A DNA stretch of 64,000 nt from Puniceicoccaceae bacterium (GTDB lineage Bacteria > Verrucomicrobiota > Verrucomicrobiia > Opitutales > Oceanipulchritudinaceae). The notes under the pieces were generated by a model. It saw only the letters and a list, made by a program, of their open reading frames with translations. It ran no database searches and had not been told where the DNA came from. Shown in pieces: positions 10,319-20,079 of the stretch. Numbering within the stretch: the stretch's first letter is position 1; every line of letters begins with the position of its first letter. The DNA is taken from positions 32,001 through 96,000 of the forward strand of contig JBFOMH010000026.1 of the NCBI GenBank assembly GCA_040830765.1, given 5' to 3'. The position numbers were made by a program, and so were the translations under genes.

Positions 10319-10394
10319 CGGGAGTGGGATGGATTAGGGTATGAGGGAGGATTTGGGGCAGGAGGCTGTAAAGGGATAATTAAAGCTTATTGTA

Positions 10395-10433
10395 GGAAAA
10401 TTTTCCGTTGCTGAATCCGTTCTCAGAGAACGG
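10395..10433. promoter_or_regulatory. Two palindromes in the divergent GH2 / DUF4955 promoter region
   Basis: GGAAAATTTTCC (10395-10406) and CCGTTCTC-A-GAGAACGG (10417-10433). Confidence 0.35.
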
Positions 10434-10545
10434 TCAAAAGTCCTTGCCATTTCGCCTTCATGCCCCTCAGTTCTCGACTACCAGTGGCTGGATGTGAGCC
10501 AGCTTTAACCCGCTTTTCCATATCCTTCAACATCCCTTGCCCTCT

Positions 10546-12711
10546 ATGAAACGTGCACTCATAACTACTTGGTTCCTGATCGGAATTTCTCTCCTGAATG
10601 CGGAGTTGGTCGAGGCCCCTTCCTGGGTCAACTTTGCCGAGAGCAAGATGAATGGCAACATGGCTGACAGCGTCCTGCTCGATTTCTCCTACGCAGGGTA
10701 CCACTTTTCCGAAAAGCCGTTACCGGATACCTCGACTTGGAATACCATCGACGTTACCGACCACGGCGCAGTGGCCGACGATGAAGGATTTGATGATGAT
10801 GCCATCCAGGCGGCGATTGATGCTGCTGAGGCAAGTGGAGTCCCGACCGTTGTCTATTTTCCTGCTGGACGCTACAAGGTGGCGGACGAGGAACATGCCA
10901 GCACGCCGATCGTGGTCAATAGCAGCAACATCGTCCTCAAGGGAGCCGGAAGCGGGGAAGGAGGGACGGAAATTTATGCCGACCAGTTCGGGAACTTTCC
11001 CTGGCGGTTCACTTTTATCCCCTCCAGTGTCTCCGATTCCCAGATTGACTGGATTAGGGGCGGCATCAGCCGGGGATCGTTCCAGATAGAGGTCAGCAAT
11101 GGCCGGCGGTTCGGCGTCGGCCAGACGGTTGAGATTTTCCAGCACACGACGGAAAACCTTGAGCTCAACATGCCGGGACTCGACTACAAGGACGTCTGGC
11201 GGCTTCCCAACAATGGCATCCGGCCCTATGAGAAGCATTTGATTACCCATATTGATGGCAACATCCTGACCTTCAAGAATCCAGTCAACCTGCACTTTGC
11301 CAGCCACAGTTCATCGGTGGTCAGGCGTTACACGACCATTGAAGAGGTGGGCGTTGAAGGGATCCTGTTTACCAGCGGATGGATTAACCGTCCGGAGGAA
11401 TATGGTCATCATGACAGTGACCTGGAGGACTATGCCTATCGGGCACTGCGGTTCGAGAATGTCTACAATGGCTGGGTCCGGGACTGTGAGTTCCGTGACT
11501 GGAATGAGATCATGATGATCGAAAAGTCGATGGCGGTAACGGTGAAGAATGTTATCTGTTCCGGAAAACAGGGCCACACTTCCTACTTTACCCGCTACAG
11601 CTACGGTATCCTCTTTGAGAAGTGCCGGGACATCGTGGAAATGGCACCGACTTCAAGGCATGGGCATGCCGGCATGATCCATGGGCCCGGACTGCGCTGG
11701 AGTACAACGGCTACGGTCTACCTTGATTGTGAAATGAACAAGCACCAGTCGATTGATTGCCATGGCTATCATCCGTACGGGAACCTTCTTGATGGCGTCT
11801 ATGGCGGTTCCTTCCGCGGTAATGGAGGGGCGGAGAATTCCTATCCCAACAGCGGTCCGGACCTGACCTTCTGGAACTTTGCCCACAATTCCAATTACTC
11901 CAGCTGGACTTTCAACTTCTGGGATACGGTTAACCGGAAGACCCATACGTATCCCTATCCCAAGTTCATCGGATTCAAGAACGGTCCTGGAGAAAATATC
12001 AGTTTTATCAACGAGGGACTGAATGAATTGTATGACCAGGATGTCTATCCCAAGTCCCTTTTCGATGCCCAGTTGCAGCTTCGGCTATACGGCGGCTACA
12101 TGTCGGCGTCTTCCAGTACCGATGAGCAGCCGGCCAAGCTTGCCAATGACCGGGACGACTCGACGGCCTGGGCCTCCGCGGGAGCGGATCCCGGCGAATG
12201 GCTGATGCTCGACCTCGGTGTTGCCCAGCCAGTCCAGTCCATAACGATCCGGGAAGTCGGAGAGGCGGTAGGGGAATACCGTTTGGAATACTGGAACGAA
12301 TCGGAGTGGCTGGAAATTGAGACCGGTAGCGAAATTGGCATTGAAAAAGTCATATCCTTAACGGAGGCAGTGGAGACGCGAAAGATCCGCCTTCTAATCC
12401 TTGGCCTGTGGGATGGGAGTGACGCCAGTTCGTATTCCATCTCAACATTCAGTGTCGCCAAGGATCGTTCCGATTATCTTGCCTCCCTGAAGGTAAAGGA
12501 TGTCAGCCCGAATGTCTTGAAGCTGTCATGGGATAACCATCCGCTACAGGGTTTGCACGAGGCCTTCTCGGTCGAAGAGTCGGGCAACCTTGTCGACTGG
12601 ATGCCGGCGGAAAATGGGGAAATGGTGACAGTGGGTAACGCGGCGGAATGGAGCACCGAAGAGGTATCCGCCGAAAGCGGTCGATTCTTCAGGATTGGTA
12701 CCAGCCTTTAA
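10546..12711 (+). CDS. Secreted DUF4955-like parallel beta-helix polysaccharide-active protein with F5/8 type C (CBM32-like) domain and FFRI terminal domain
   Basis: Signal peptide MKRALI, LLDFSYAGY, pectate-lyase-3-like N-terminus (DVTDHGAVADD...AIQAAID...VYFPAGRY), discoidin motif ANDRDDSTAWAS...EWLMLDLG, ends RFFRIGTSL. Confidence 0.75.
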   Translation: MKRALITTWFLIGISLLNAELVEAPSWVNFAESKMNGNMADSVLLDFSYAGYHFSEKPLPDTSTWNTIDVTDHGAVADDEGFDDDAIQAAIDAAEASGVPTVVYFPAGRYKVADEEHASTPIVVNSSNIVLKGAGSGEGGTEIYADQFGNFPWRFTFIPSSVSDSQIDWIRGGISRGSFQIEVSNGRRFGVGQTVEIFQHTTENLELNMPGLDYKDVWRLPNNGIRPYEKHLITHIDGNILTFKNPVNLHFASHSSSVVRRYTTIEEVGVEGILFTSGWINRPEEYGHHDSDLEDYAYRALRFENVYNGWVRDCEFRDWNEIMMIEKSMAVTVKNVICSGKQGHTSYFTRYSYGILFEKCRDIVEMAPTSRHGHAGMIHGPGLRWSTTATVYLDCEMNKHQSIDCHGYHPYGNLLDGVYGGSFRGNGGAENSYPNSGPDLTFWNFAHNSNYSSWTFNFWDTVNRKTHTYPYPKFIGFKNGPGENISFINEGLNELYDQDVYPKSLFDAQLQLRLYGGYMSASSSTDEQPAKLANDRDDSTAWASAGADPGEWLMLDLGVAQPVQSITIREVGEAVGEYRLEYWNESEWLEIETGSEIGIEKVISLTEAVETRKIRLLILGLWDGSDASSYSISTFSVAKDRSDYLASLKVKDVSPNVLKLSWDNHPLQGLHEAFSVEESGNLVDWMPAENGEMVTVGNAAEWSTEEVSAESGRFFRIGTSL

Positions 12712-12746
12712 TTGGCCCGGGCCATCATTCAGGGCGATTCCGCGAA

Positions 12747-12825
12747 GCGGACGAGTGGCGGACGAGTGGCCGGCTACCCAGCCCGGAAAAGCGGGAGTGG
12801 AACAAGTTTTTTTCCGGGCTTGTTC
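12747..12825. repeat. Short tandem repeat plus overlapping inverted repeats
   Basis: GCGGACGAGTG x2 (12747-12768); AGCCCGGAAAA/TTTTCCGGGCT (12780-12820); GAACAAG/CTTGTTC (12800-12825). Confidence 0.6.
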
Positions 12826-12853
12826 TGGGGCCAATTTGCATTGATGCTCCGGC

Positions 12854-13204
12854 ATGCTACCGAATACACGTTCGCTAAAAAAATATGTCATCTTTCCCTG
12901 CATTCTTCTGGTCTTCGGGGCGCTGGAAGAAGTGGTGGTCTACAAGTCGGACCTGATAACCAATGACCATGCCCGGGTGGCGGCGATGATGGCCTTCTAT
13001 GCCTTCGGGATTGCCCTGCTGGCATTCTGGGTCACTCCGATTCTTGAAAACATGATCCTTCGCCTGCATGCCGCATCAAAGTTTGGTTCCGGACGACTGG
13101 GAGAGTATCTCTTCGTGCTGCTCCTGCTGGCCGGGGTTTACTTCCTCTGGTATCAGATATTGGTCAACGGGCCGGAAAGCCTTCTGCCGGAGAAATGGCG
13201 TTGA
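12854..13204 (+). CDS. Small hypothetical membrane protein (about 3 TM)
   Basis: Three hydrophobic segments; fills the gap co-directionally before amn. Confidence 0.7.
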   Translation: MLPNTRSLKKYVIFPCILLVFGALEEVVVYKSDLITNDHARVAAMMAFYAFGIALLAFWVTPILENMILRLHAASKFGSGRLGEYLFVLLLLAGVYFLWYQILVNGPESLLPEKWR

Positions 13205-13295
13205 GCGAGGGTTATATACCATTGCCGGGGAGACCGGTTTCATTGACTGCATTGCTTCTTGAGATTTGCTGGCCCATCTATCAAGCTGCCTGAGC

Positions 13296-14066
13296 ATGAG
13301 CCTTAAGGATAAGATGGTGCGGGACTGGTTACCGCGGTACACGGGAATGCCCTTGGAGGCATTCGGGGAATACATCCTGCTGACCAACTTTGACAAGTAC
13401 GTCGAGCTGTTTGCCGATTGGCATGGGGTGCCGATTGTTGGCCAGGACAAGCCCATGCTGGCGGCCACGGCTGATGACATCACGATTATCAATTTCGGGA
13501 TGGGCAGTGCCACCGCCGCGACGGTCATGGATTTGTTGACTGCCATATCCCCCAAGGCGGTCTGCTTTCTTGGAAAGTGTGGCGGCCTCAAGAAGCGCAA
13601 TGCCCTCGGTGACCTGATCCTGCCAATCGCCGGTATTCGGGGAGAGGGAACCAGCAATGACTATTTCCCTTCAGAGATTCCAGCCCTGCCGGCCTTTGCC
13701 CTGCAAAAAGCCATTTCACGCACCATACGGGAACATCAGCGCGACTACTGGACGGGAACTGTCTACACGACCAACCGCCGTGTCTGGGAGCATGACGAGG
13801 CATTCAAGGACTATCTTGAAGACAACCGGATCATGGCGGTCGACATGGAGACTGCGACCATCTTCATGGTGGGGTTCTACAACCACATCCCGACAGGTGC
13901 ACTCCTACTGGTCAGCGACCAGCCGATGGTCCCGGAAGGAATCAAGTCTGCTTCCAGTGATGCCGAAGTCACGGCCAGGTTTGTCGAATCCCACTTGCGC
14001 ATCGGGGTCGAGTCCCTGAAGCAACTGATAAACAAGGGGGACACCGTCCGGCACTTGAAGTATTGA
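13296..14066 (+). CDS. amn: AMP nucleosidase, short form (PNP/UDP family)
   Basis: WLPRYTG, YILLTNF, INFGMGSATAAT, RGEGTSNDY, YTTNRRVWE, DMETAT; start moved to MSLKDKMV at 13296. Confidence 0.93.
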   Translation: MSLKDKMVRDWLPRYTGMPLEAFGEYILLTNFDKYVELFADWHGVPIVGQDKPMLAATADDITIINFGMGSATAATVMDLLTAISPKAVCFLGKCGGLKKRNALGDLILPIAGIRGEGTSNDYFPSEIPALPAFALQKAISRTIREHQRDYWTGTVYTTNRRVWEHDEAFKDYLEDNRIMAVDMETATIFMVGFYNHIPTGALLLVSDQPMVPEGIKSASSDAEVTARFVESHLRIGVESLKQLINKGDTVRHLKY

Positions 14067-14108
14067 GGATTGATTCCTCTTAATCCTTCCGGAGGGAGCT
14101 AGTCGACA

Positions 14109-15227
14109 ATGCTGTGGGATCGCGAATCTTACTTGTCCCATCTCTGCTTTGGTCCGTCTGACCGGGAGATGGTGGTGGAATTGTTCGGATTGCTGATCGG
14201 GACGGAGGAACTCTGGCGTCAGCAGGGCGCCAGCGAAGCGGAGATTGACTTGACAGCATTTGCCTGGGACCGCGTTCCGCGGGCGCAGCTGCCGTTCAAC
14301 CGGGAGCCCATTAACGACTTGGAAGAAGTTGTCCTCAGGGAGGATGAGAAGGAACGGGTAGTCCGGGATATCTATGGGCGTATCACCGTCTTGCCGAAGC
14401 AGGTGGCGACAATTTCCCTCCCGCAGGGTTTTCCGGTGGAGGAACCCGAGGACTGGGATCGCATTCGTGAGTGGTTCTGTGAAGATGATTCCCGAACGGA
14501 TCCGGAGGCATTAAAGCGATGCGCGGACGCACGGAACGGAGGAGCGGTGGTTACCGCCTGCATCTGGGGCGCCTACGACATCCTGCGACAGCTCATGGGT
14601 GATGAGAACGCCTGCCTGAGCCTCTATGAGGAGCCGGCAATGGTCCGCAATATCCTTGAGACGGTTGGGGAGATGCAGGCCAGGTGCCTGGAGCAGGCGA
14701 TTGAGATATCGCCCGTCGATATACTCTTTGTGCATGAGGATTTCGCTGGCAAGAGCGGGCCGCTGGTGGGGCCAAACCACATCCGCGAAACGTTCAAGCC
14801 ATATTACGAGCAGTTATGGTCCATCGCCCGGAGCGGTGGTGCACGGTTGTTCGATCTCGACAGCGACGGGTACATCGATCCAGTTGTCGACGTGCTTCTT
14901 GAATGTGGCATCAATTGTCTGCATCCGGTGGAACCGGGAGCTGGCAGCGACATTGTCGCCCTGCGAAAGCAATACGGCGATCGCCTGACCCTGCGCGGTG
15001 GCATTGACAAGTTTGCGCTCACCAAGGGCAGGGCGGCCATAGACGAGGAACTGACTTACCGGCTTGATCCCTGCTTGCGGGGCGGCGGGACGATGTTTGC
15101 GCTGGATCATCGCATCCCCTCCCGGGTGACCGTTGAAGCCTACCGGTACTATGTGAAGCGCCTGAGGCAACTCCTGGATCTGCCCCCCATGGAAGCCGAT
15201 GAGCCCGGCTGGGGCCGGATGGCCTAG
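14109..15227 (+). CDS. Uroporphyrinogen-decarboxylase/methylcobamide-methyltransferase superfamily protein of unknown function
   Basis: HEDFAGKSGPLVGP, DSDG, GINCLHPVEPGAGSD, LRGGIDK and DHRIP are typical of URO-D-like TIM barrels; no recognisable HemE signature. Confidence 0.8.
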   Translation: MLWDRESYLSHLCFGPSDREMVVELFGLLIGTEELWRQQGASEAEIDLTAFAWDRVPRAQLPFNREPINDLEEVVLREDEKERVVRDIYGRITVLPKQVATISLPQGFPVEEPEDWDRIREWFCEDDSRTDPEALKRCADARNGGAVVTACIWGAYDILRQLMGDENACLSLYEEPAMVRNILETVGEMQARCLEQAIEISPVDILFVHEDFAGKSGPLVGPNHIRETFKPYYEQLWSIARSGGARLFDLDSDGYIDPVVDVLLECGINCLHPVEPGAGSDIVALRKQYGDRLTLRGGIDKFALTKGRAAIDEELTYRLDPCLRGGGTMFALDHRIPSRVTVEAYRYYVKRLRQLLDLPPMEADEPGWGRMA

Positions 15228-15325
15228 GCCCATACCCGAGGCCGTTGCCAGACAGTAAACCGGTTTGGTGTTTGCCCGTTCTCCTCTTCTGGGTTTCGTT
15301 AAAGCATCAATTTTTCAATTCCATC

Positions 15326-16735
15326 ATGAAGCGCATTTCCTTGAAACACCTCTGCACGGGAATATTCCTGCCCCTGCTAATGCCCCTTTCCCTGCTTTCC
15401 GGAGAGGAAACATCCCGGTCCCTGATTCTCGGCCAATCGATTCTCGATGAATCGGCGTATCGTTTCCTTGAATACATATCCGACGAATTTGGCCCGCGCA
15501 TGGTCGGGACCGAAGGGCATGCCGCGACGATGGATTACCTGGAGAAGGAACTGCAGTCGCTGGGTTTGGAAACGGAGCGGCAGGAATTCACCTATCCAGG
15601 TTGGGTTCGAGGCGAGTCGCGGGTGGAGTTGCTTGCCCCGCACCGGAAAGTCCTGCGTTCAGTCGACCTTGCCTATGTAGGGGGCTTCGGTCCGGTTAGC
15701 GGTGAGGTGGCCTATGTTGAGGCCAAGGACATTGAAGAGCTGGATACCGAAGCCATCCGCGACCGAATTCTCCTTGTACGCCAGAATGTGAGCTACCGGC
15801 TGCCTCAAATGGTGCGTTTACAAGAAGAGCACGGGGTGAAGGGCCTGCTTTACATCAACCGCGTCAATGGGGGACAGCTTCTGGCGCGGACGGCTGATCA
15901 TGACGGCCGCGCGGCCCCGTTCCCGGTATTTTCCATTACCCAGGAGGAAGGCCTCCTGATGCAGCGGCTGCTGGAGGATGGCAAGGTTGTGCGCGTGGAA
16001 TTGGAGACACGCTCTTCAGCAAAACAGTTTACAGGAGCAAACCTGATTGCCCGCCTGCCGGGCCAGGGCAGCGAACGCGTGATGCTGGGGGCGCACTTTG
16101 ATTCATGGGACCTTGGTCAGGGATCTATTGATAACGGGTTGGGCGTGGCCCAGGTCTATGCGGTCGCCAAGCTACTTAAGGAACTGGGCACCAATAACCA
16201 GCACACTGTCGAATTTGTCTGGTTTGATGCCGAGGAAATGGGACTCTGGGGATCCCGTCATTATGCCGAAGCCGGTGACCTGAGCGACCTTCGGGTGATG
16301 ATCAACCTCGACATGGTGGGCCGGCCGATTGCCATCAACGCCATGGGCTTTGACGGGCTTGTGCCCCTGTTGGAGAGCTATGTGGATTCACTCGGCGCCT
16401 GGGAGTTTTCCAAGAATGTGGCCAACAAGCCCTGGCTTGGCAGCGATCATCATCCCTTCATCATGCAGGGAGTCCCGGCCATTACCTTCAATGCGCCGAT
16501 GGACCATGATGATGTCCGTTATTATCATGATTTTGGGGATAGCATGGACAAGGTGGACCGGACCATGCTCGGCGAGGCCTGTGGGTTGATTGCCTTGCTA
16601 GTTTACGACCTGGCCAATACGGAAGAGCGCGTACCACATTTGGATGACGAGGCTGTTGCGGAACTATTCCGCAAGGCGGATCTCGAGGAGCGTCTTCGCA
16701 AGGCCGACAAATGGCCCTTCGGGGAGGCGGAGTGA
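15326..16735 (+). CDS. Secreted M28 family metallopeptidase with PA domain
   Basis: GAHFDSWD, DNGLG, AEEMGLWGS, NLDMVG, SDHHPF, YYH; signal peptide from MKRISLK at 15326. Confidence 0.92.
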   Translation: MKRISLKHLCTGIFLPLLMPLSLLSGEETSRSLILGQSILDESAYRFLEYISDEFGPRMVGTEGHAATMDYLEKELQSLGLETERQEFTYPGWVRGESRVELLAPHRKVLRSVDLAYVGGFGPVSGEVAYVEAKDIEELDTEAIRDRILLVRQNVSYRLPQMVRLQEEHGVKGLLYINRVNGGQLLARTADHDGRAAPFPVFSITQEEGLLMQRLLEDGKVVRVELETRSSAKQFTGANLIARLPGQGSERVMLGAHFDSWDLGQGSIDNGLGVAQVYAVAKLLKELGTNNQHTVEFVWFDAEEMGLWGSRHYAEAGDLSDLRVMINLDMVGRPIAINAMGFDGLVPLLESYVDSLGAWEFSKNVANKPWLGSDHHPFIMQGVPAITFNAPMDHDDVRYYHDFGDSMDKVDRTMLGEACGLIALLVYDLANTEERVPHLDDEAVAELFRKADLEERLRKADKWPFGEAE

Positions 16736-19315
16736 TCACTCCTTGCGAAGAATGACCAACGGGGGCTGGCTGGCAATGCCGCGAGAAGTGAGCCAGCCGG
16801 TAAAGAGGGTGAGCAGGGTCAGGAGCACGGCGAGGACCAGTGCGTCCAGCGGGTTGACAGCAAATGGCAGTGAAAAGACGAAGCGGAAGAGCGCCCATGC
16901 AGTCAGCCAGGAGAGAAGGATACCGGAGAGACTGGCAATTATACCGAGGAGGACAAATTCCAGCGAGAGCACCTGGCGGATGAAGGCGGTGGAGGCACCA
17001 AGGGTGCGAAAAAGGACACTTTCCTGAAGACGCTGGTAGCGGCTGCCGAGAAGGGCTCCGGCGAGGACAATGAGGCCGGTGGCCACGGTGAACCCAGCCA
17101 TGAACTTGATGACAAAGGCGGCCTTGCCGAGGATCTCGTTCAGGGAATCAAAGACGAGGGAAAGGTCGAGAAGGCTGACATTGGCGTAGTTCTCCGTCAG
17201 GGCATTCTGGAGCTGGGCCGTCTGGAGCCGGCTCTCCGTCTTGACGCTGATGGCATAGACGGTCGGGGCTGCCTCAATTGTACCGAGCGGGAAGACGATG
17301 TTGAAGTTTTGTCGACCCGCCTTCCACTGGACCCGGCGGATGCTGCTGACAACGGTCTCCACCGGGACGCCCTGGACATTCCAGGTAATGGAATCCCCGA
17401 TACCGACGCCGAAGTCCTCAATGACATTCTCAGAGAGGGAGACCGGGTAGGGCGGGCCGTCACTGTATTCGGGCACAAATTCCCCCGCGATGACCTCGGC
17501 ATTGTCGAGGACATGGTCCCGATAAGTGTTCCTGAACTCCCAGGTGTAGACCCAGTCCGAGACCGGGGATTCAGGCATCGCTTTCCATTCGGTCAGGGGG
17601 ATGTCCTTGATGGTCTCGACCCGCATGGTGATGACCGGAAGGATGTCCTGGGGCGGCAGGCCGCGATCATTGAGCAGTTCGACAACACCCTCCTTCTGGT
17701 CCTGTTGCACATCGAGGAGGATGGCATTGGCGGCATCTTCCGTTGGTTCAACATCAACCTGATCGAGCAAGCCATCACGGGTGAGCCAAAGGGTATTGAT
17801 GAGGAGGACCCCCATGCCAAGGGAGACAATCATCAGCAAGGTGCGATTATTGGGGCGGTAGAGGTTGCTGAGGGCGAGCCGGTAGGAATAGGGGGCAGAT
17901 TCCGGGTGCAGGCGTCGCAACAAGTACCGCAGGGAATAGGCCACCCCGGCCAACAGCAGGAGCGCTACCAGCAAACCGGTAACAAAGGAAATGGCGAATC
18001 CGGACTGACGCGACTGGATGACCGTAAAGGCAAAGAGGCCACCGAGCAGGAGGAGAACAGTGAGCCAGACCAGGGGATCACGGGTTGCGGAGCGGGCCGG
18101 TTCGATACTGGCCCGGATAGCCCGGAGGGGACTGATGTGACGTATGGAAAGCAACGGGATCAGGGCCGAGGCAAAGACCACAAACCAGCCGAAGCCCAGC
18201 CCAGTGAAAATGGCCGCGAGGCTGATCCGCATGGAGATATCGAAGGGCAGGAATGACTGCAGGAGCGGGGGGAGGAGAAATTGCACCCCGATACCCAGCA
18301 GGGTCCCGGCAATGGCCCCGGCCAGGCCAAAGGTCAGCATCTGGGCAAGATAGATGGTGAAAGCCTGGCGAATGGGAGTACCCAGACAGCGAAGAATAGC
18401 GATGGTCTCCCGTTTGGCCTGCAGGTAGACGTTGACCGCTCCGATAATGCCAATGCCCCCCAGCAGCAGGGCGGAAAATCCAATCAGGTTGAGGAAGTCG
18501 AGCAGGTTATTGAGGATGCGCTCGATACTGCGGCGACGATCGGCAACGGTTTCCACATCAACCCCGTCAACAACGAACAATCCCTCTTTCTCAGATTCGA
18601 GCAAGCGCTCCAGTTCCTCCGCTTGATTGCTTTCAATCCCGACGTAGGTGCGGTAGCGGATAATGGATCCGGTCTGGATGAGGCCCGTTTCCTTGACGTC
18701 TTGTAGTGGAATATAGATACGCGGGGCAAAGAATCCGGTTATCTCCGATTCCCCGGCCATGCGGACAAGGGCCGCGGCGATGGTGTAGGTCTTTTCACCC
18801 AGGCGGACAGAATCCCCCGGACTCAGTCCCAGTTGCAGGAGGACGCTTTCCTCAATTATGGCCTCATCCGGAGCAGGCATTGCCGCCGTATTCGCGCGCT
18901 CGGGGATGAGTTCCATTTTCCCGTAAAAGGGCAATGGGCCTTCGATTGCCCTGACCTGGACAAATCGCGAGGCATTGTCGGCATCCGGGAAAACAGCCAT
19001 TGAGCGGAAGCGCATCTCGCGGATGATTTCTCCGGGCAATTGGTTGATAAAGCGCTCCAGTTCAGTGCTTGGAGGCCGCCTGGTCTGCATGACAGCATCT
19101 GCCCCGAGGAGGCTGCGCGACTGTTCATCGACGATCCGTTGCAGGTTTTCCCTGAGGGAATAGATGGCAACAATGGACCCAATCCCAAAAACGATGCTGA
19201 AGGTAAACAGCAGGAGCAGCAGCCGTTTGCCACGACTATCCCGCCAGGCCATCCTGAAGACCCAGCCGCGGGAAGTACCTCCCTGTGCCTGGTTGACTGA
19301 CTCCTTATGGCTCAT
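16736..19315 (-). CDS. ybbP: ABC transporter permease, YbbP/FtsX-like with two repeats
   Basis: MAWRDSR, LLGAD, IAILRCLG and LFRTLGA duplicated FtsX architecture; 4-nt overlap with the ATPase gene. Confidence 0.88.
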   Translation of the reverse strand: MSHKESVNQAQGGTSRGWVFRMAWRDSRGKRLLLLLFTFSIVFGIGSIVAIYSLRENLQRIVDEQSRSLLGADAVMQTRRPPSTELERFINQLPGEIIREMRFRSMAVFPDADNASRFVQVRAIEGPLPFYGKMELIPERANTAAMPAPDEAIIEESVLLQLGLSPGDSVRLGEKTYTIAAALVRMAGESEITGFFAPRIYIPLQDVKETGLIQTGSIIRYRTYVGIESNQAEELERLLESEKEGLFVVDGVDVETVADRRRSIERILNNLLDFLNLIGFSALLLGGIGIIGAVNVYLQAKRETIAILRCLGTPIRQAFTIYLAQMLTFGLAGAIAGTLLGIGVQFLLPPLLQSFLPFDISMRISLAAIFTGLGFGWFVVFASALIPLLSIRHISPLRAIRASIEPARSATRDPLVWLTVLLLLGGLFAFTVIQSRQSGFAISFVTGLLVALLLLAGVAYSLRYLLRRLHPESAPYSYRLALSNLYRPNNRTLLMIVSLGMGVLLINTLWLTRDGLLDQVDVEPTEDAANAILLDVQQDQKEGVVELLNDRGLPPQDILPVITMRVETIKDIPLTEWKAMPESPVSDWVYTWEFRNTYRDHVLDNAEVIAGEFVPEYSDGPPYPVSLSENVIEDFGVGIGDSITWNVQGVPVETVVSSIRRVQWKAGRQNFNIVFPLGTIEAAPTVYAISVKTESRLQTAQLQNALTENYANVSLLDLSLVFDSLNEILGKAAFVIKFMAGFTVATGLIVLAGALLGSRYQRLQESVLFRTLGASTAFIRQVLSLEFVLLGIIASLSGILLSWLTAWALFRFVFSLPFAVNPLDALVLAVLLTLLTLFTGWLTSRGIASQPPLVILRKE

Positions 19316-19983
19316 GCAGCTGAATTGCCCTCAATCCGTCCATTGCGGAGGCGCAAAACCCGGTCAGTGCGCGCGGCCAACTCGGTGTCATGAGTGACCA
19401 CAATGAGCGTGTTGCCCGTTTCGCGGTGCGATTGGAAAAGCAGGTCCTCGATTTGGGTTGCCGTTTCCCCGTCAAGATTGCCGGTGGGCTCATCGGCAAA
19501 GAGCAGTGCTGGCTGGCCGGCGCAGGCCCGTGCGATGGCAACCCGCTGCTGCTCACCCCCTGACAACTGGACCGGATAATGACCGGAACGATCAGCGAGG
19601 CCAACCCGCTCCAGCCACTCCATGGCTGTCCGGCGTGGACGCGGAGCGCCTTTCAGCTCAAGTGGGATACAGACATTCTCAAGGGCGCTGAGGGTTGGAA
19701 TGAGTTGGAAGTTCTGGAAAACAAAACCGATATAGCGGCTTCTCAGGGCGGCACGGGCATCCTCGTCCATGGGGGAAAGCGGCTGATCGAGGATATAGAC
19801 CTCCCCATTGCTGGGTGTATCGAGACCGGCGCTGATCCCGAGGAGTGTGGTCTTGCCGCTGCCGGAGGGTCCGACGATGGCCAGGGACTCCCCATCCTCG
19901 ACGAAGGCATTAATGCCGGCCAGTACCTCAAGCGGGCGATCCCCGCTGCGGTAGGTCTTGTGGATGTCTTCAAGTTTGAGCAT
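19312..19983 (-). CDS. ybbA: ABC transporter ATP-binding protein (YbbA/LolD-like)
   Basis: GPSGSGKT, LSGGEQQRV, FADEPTGNLD, VTHD; divergent from an arylesterase as in the ybbAP/tesA arrangement. Confidence 0.92.
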   Translation of the reverse strand: MLKLEDIHKTYRSGDRPLEVLAGINAFVEDGESLAIVGPSGSGKTTLLGISAGLDTPSNGEVYILDQPLSPMDEDARAALRSRYIGFVFQNFQLIPTLSALENVCIPLELKGAPRPRRTAMEWLERVGLADRSGHYPVQLSGGEQQRVAIARACAGQPALLFADEPTGNLDGETATQIEDLLFQSHRETGNTLIVVTHDTELAARTDRVLRLRNGRIEGNSAA

Positions 19984-20079
19984 GTTTATTCCAGTTGGTT
20001 GGTCTCTCGTTTCTGGTCCCCGTTTGACGAAACCGGAAATCCGGATGATGGTTATTTCACAAACAGTCCTTTTTCATCC

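Noticed and set aside
12747..12770. Direct repeat as a possible CRISPR remnant
   Set aside because: Only two adjacent 11-bp copies, no spacers and no cas genes.
14109..15227. hemE assignment
   Set aside because: It lacks the N-terminal RQAGR signature of true uroporphyrinogen decarboxylase.
19579..20079. Long N-terminal extension of the arylesterase ORF
   Set aside because: It overlaps ybbA on the opposite strand; the signal peptide and GDSL motif indicate a start at 20080 or 20086.
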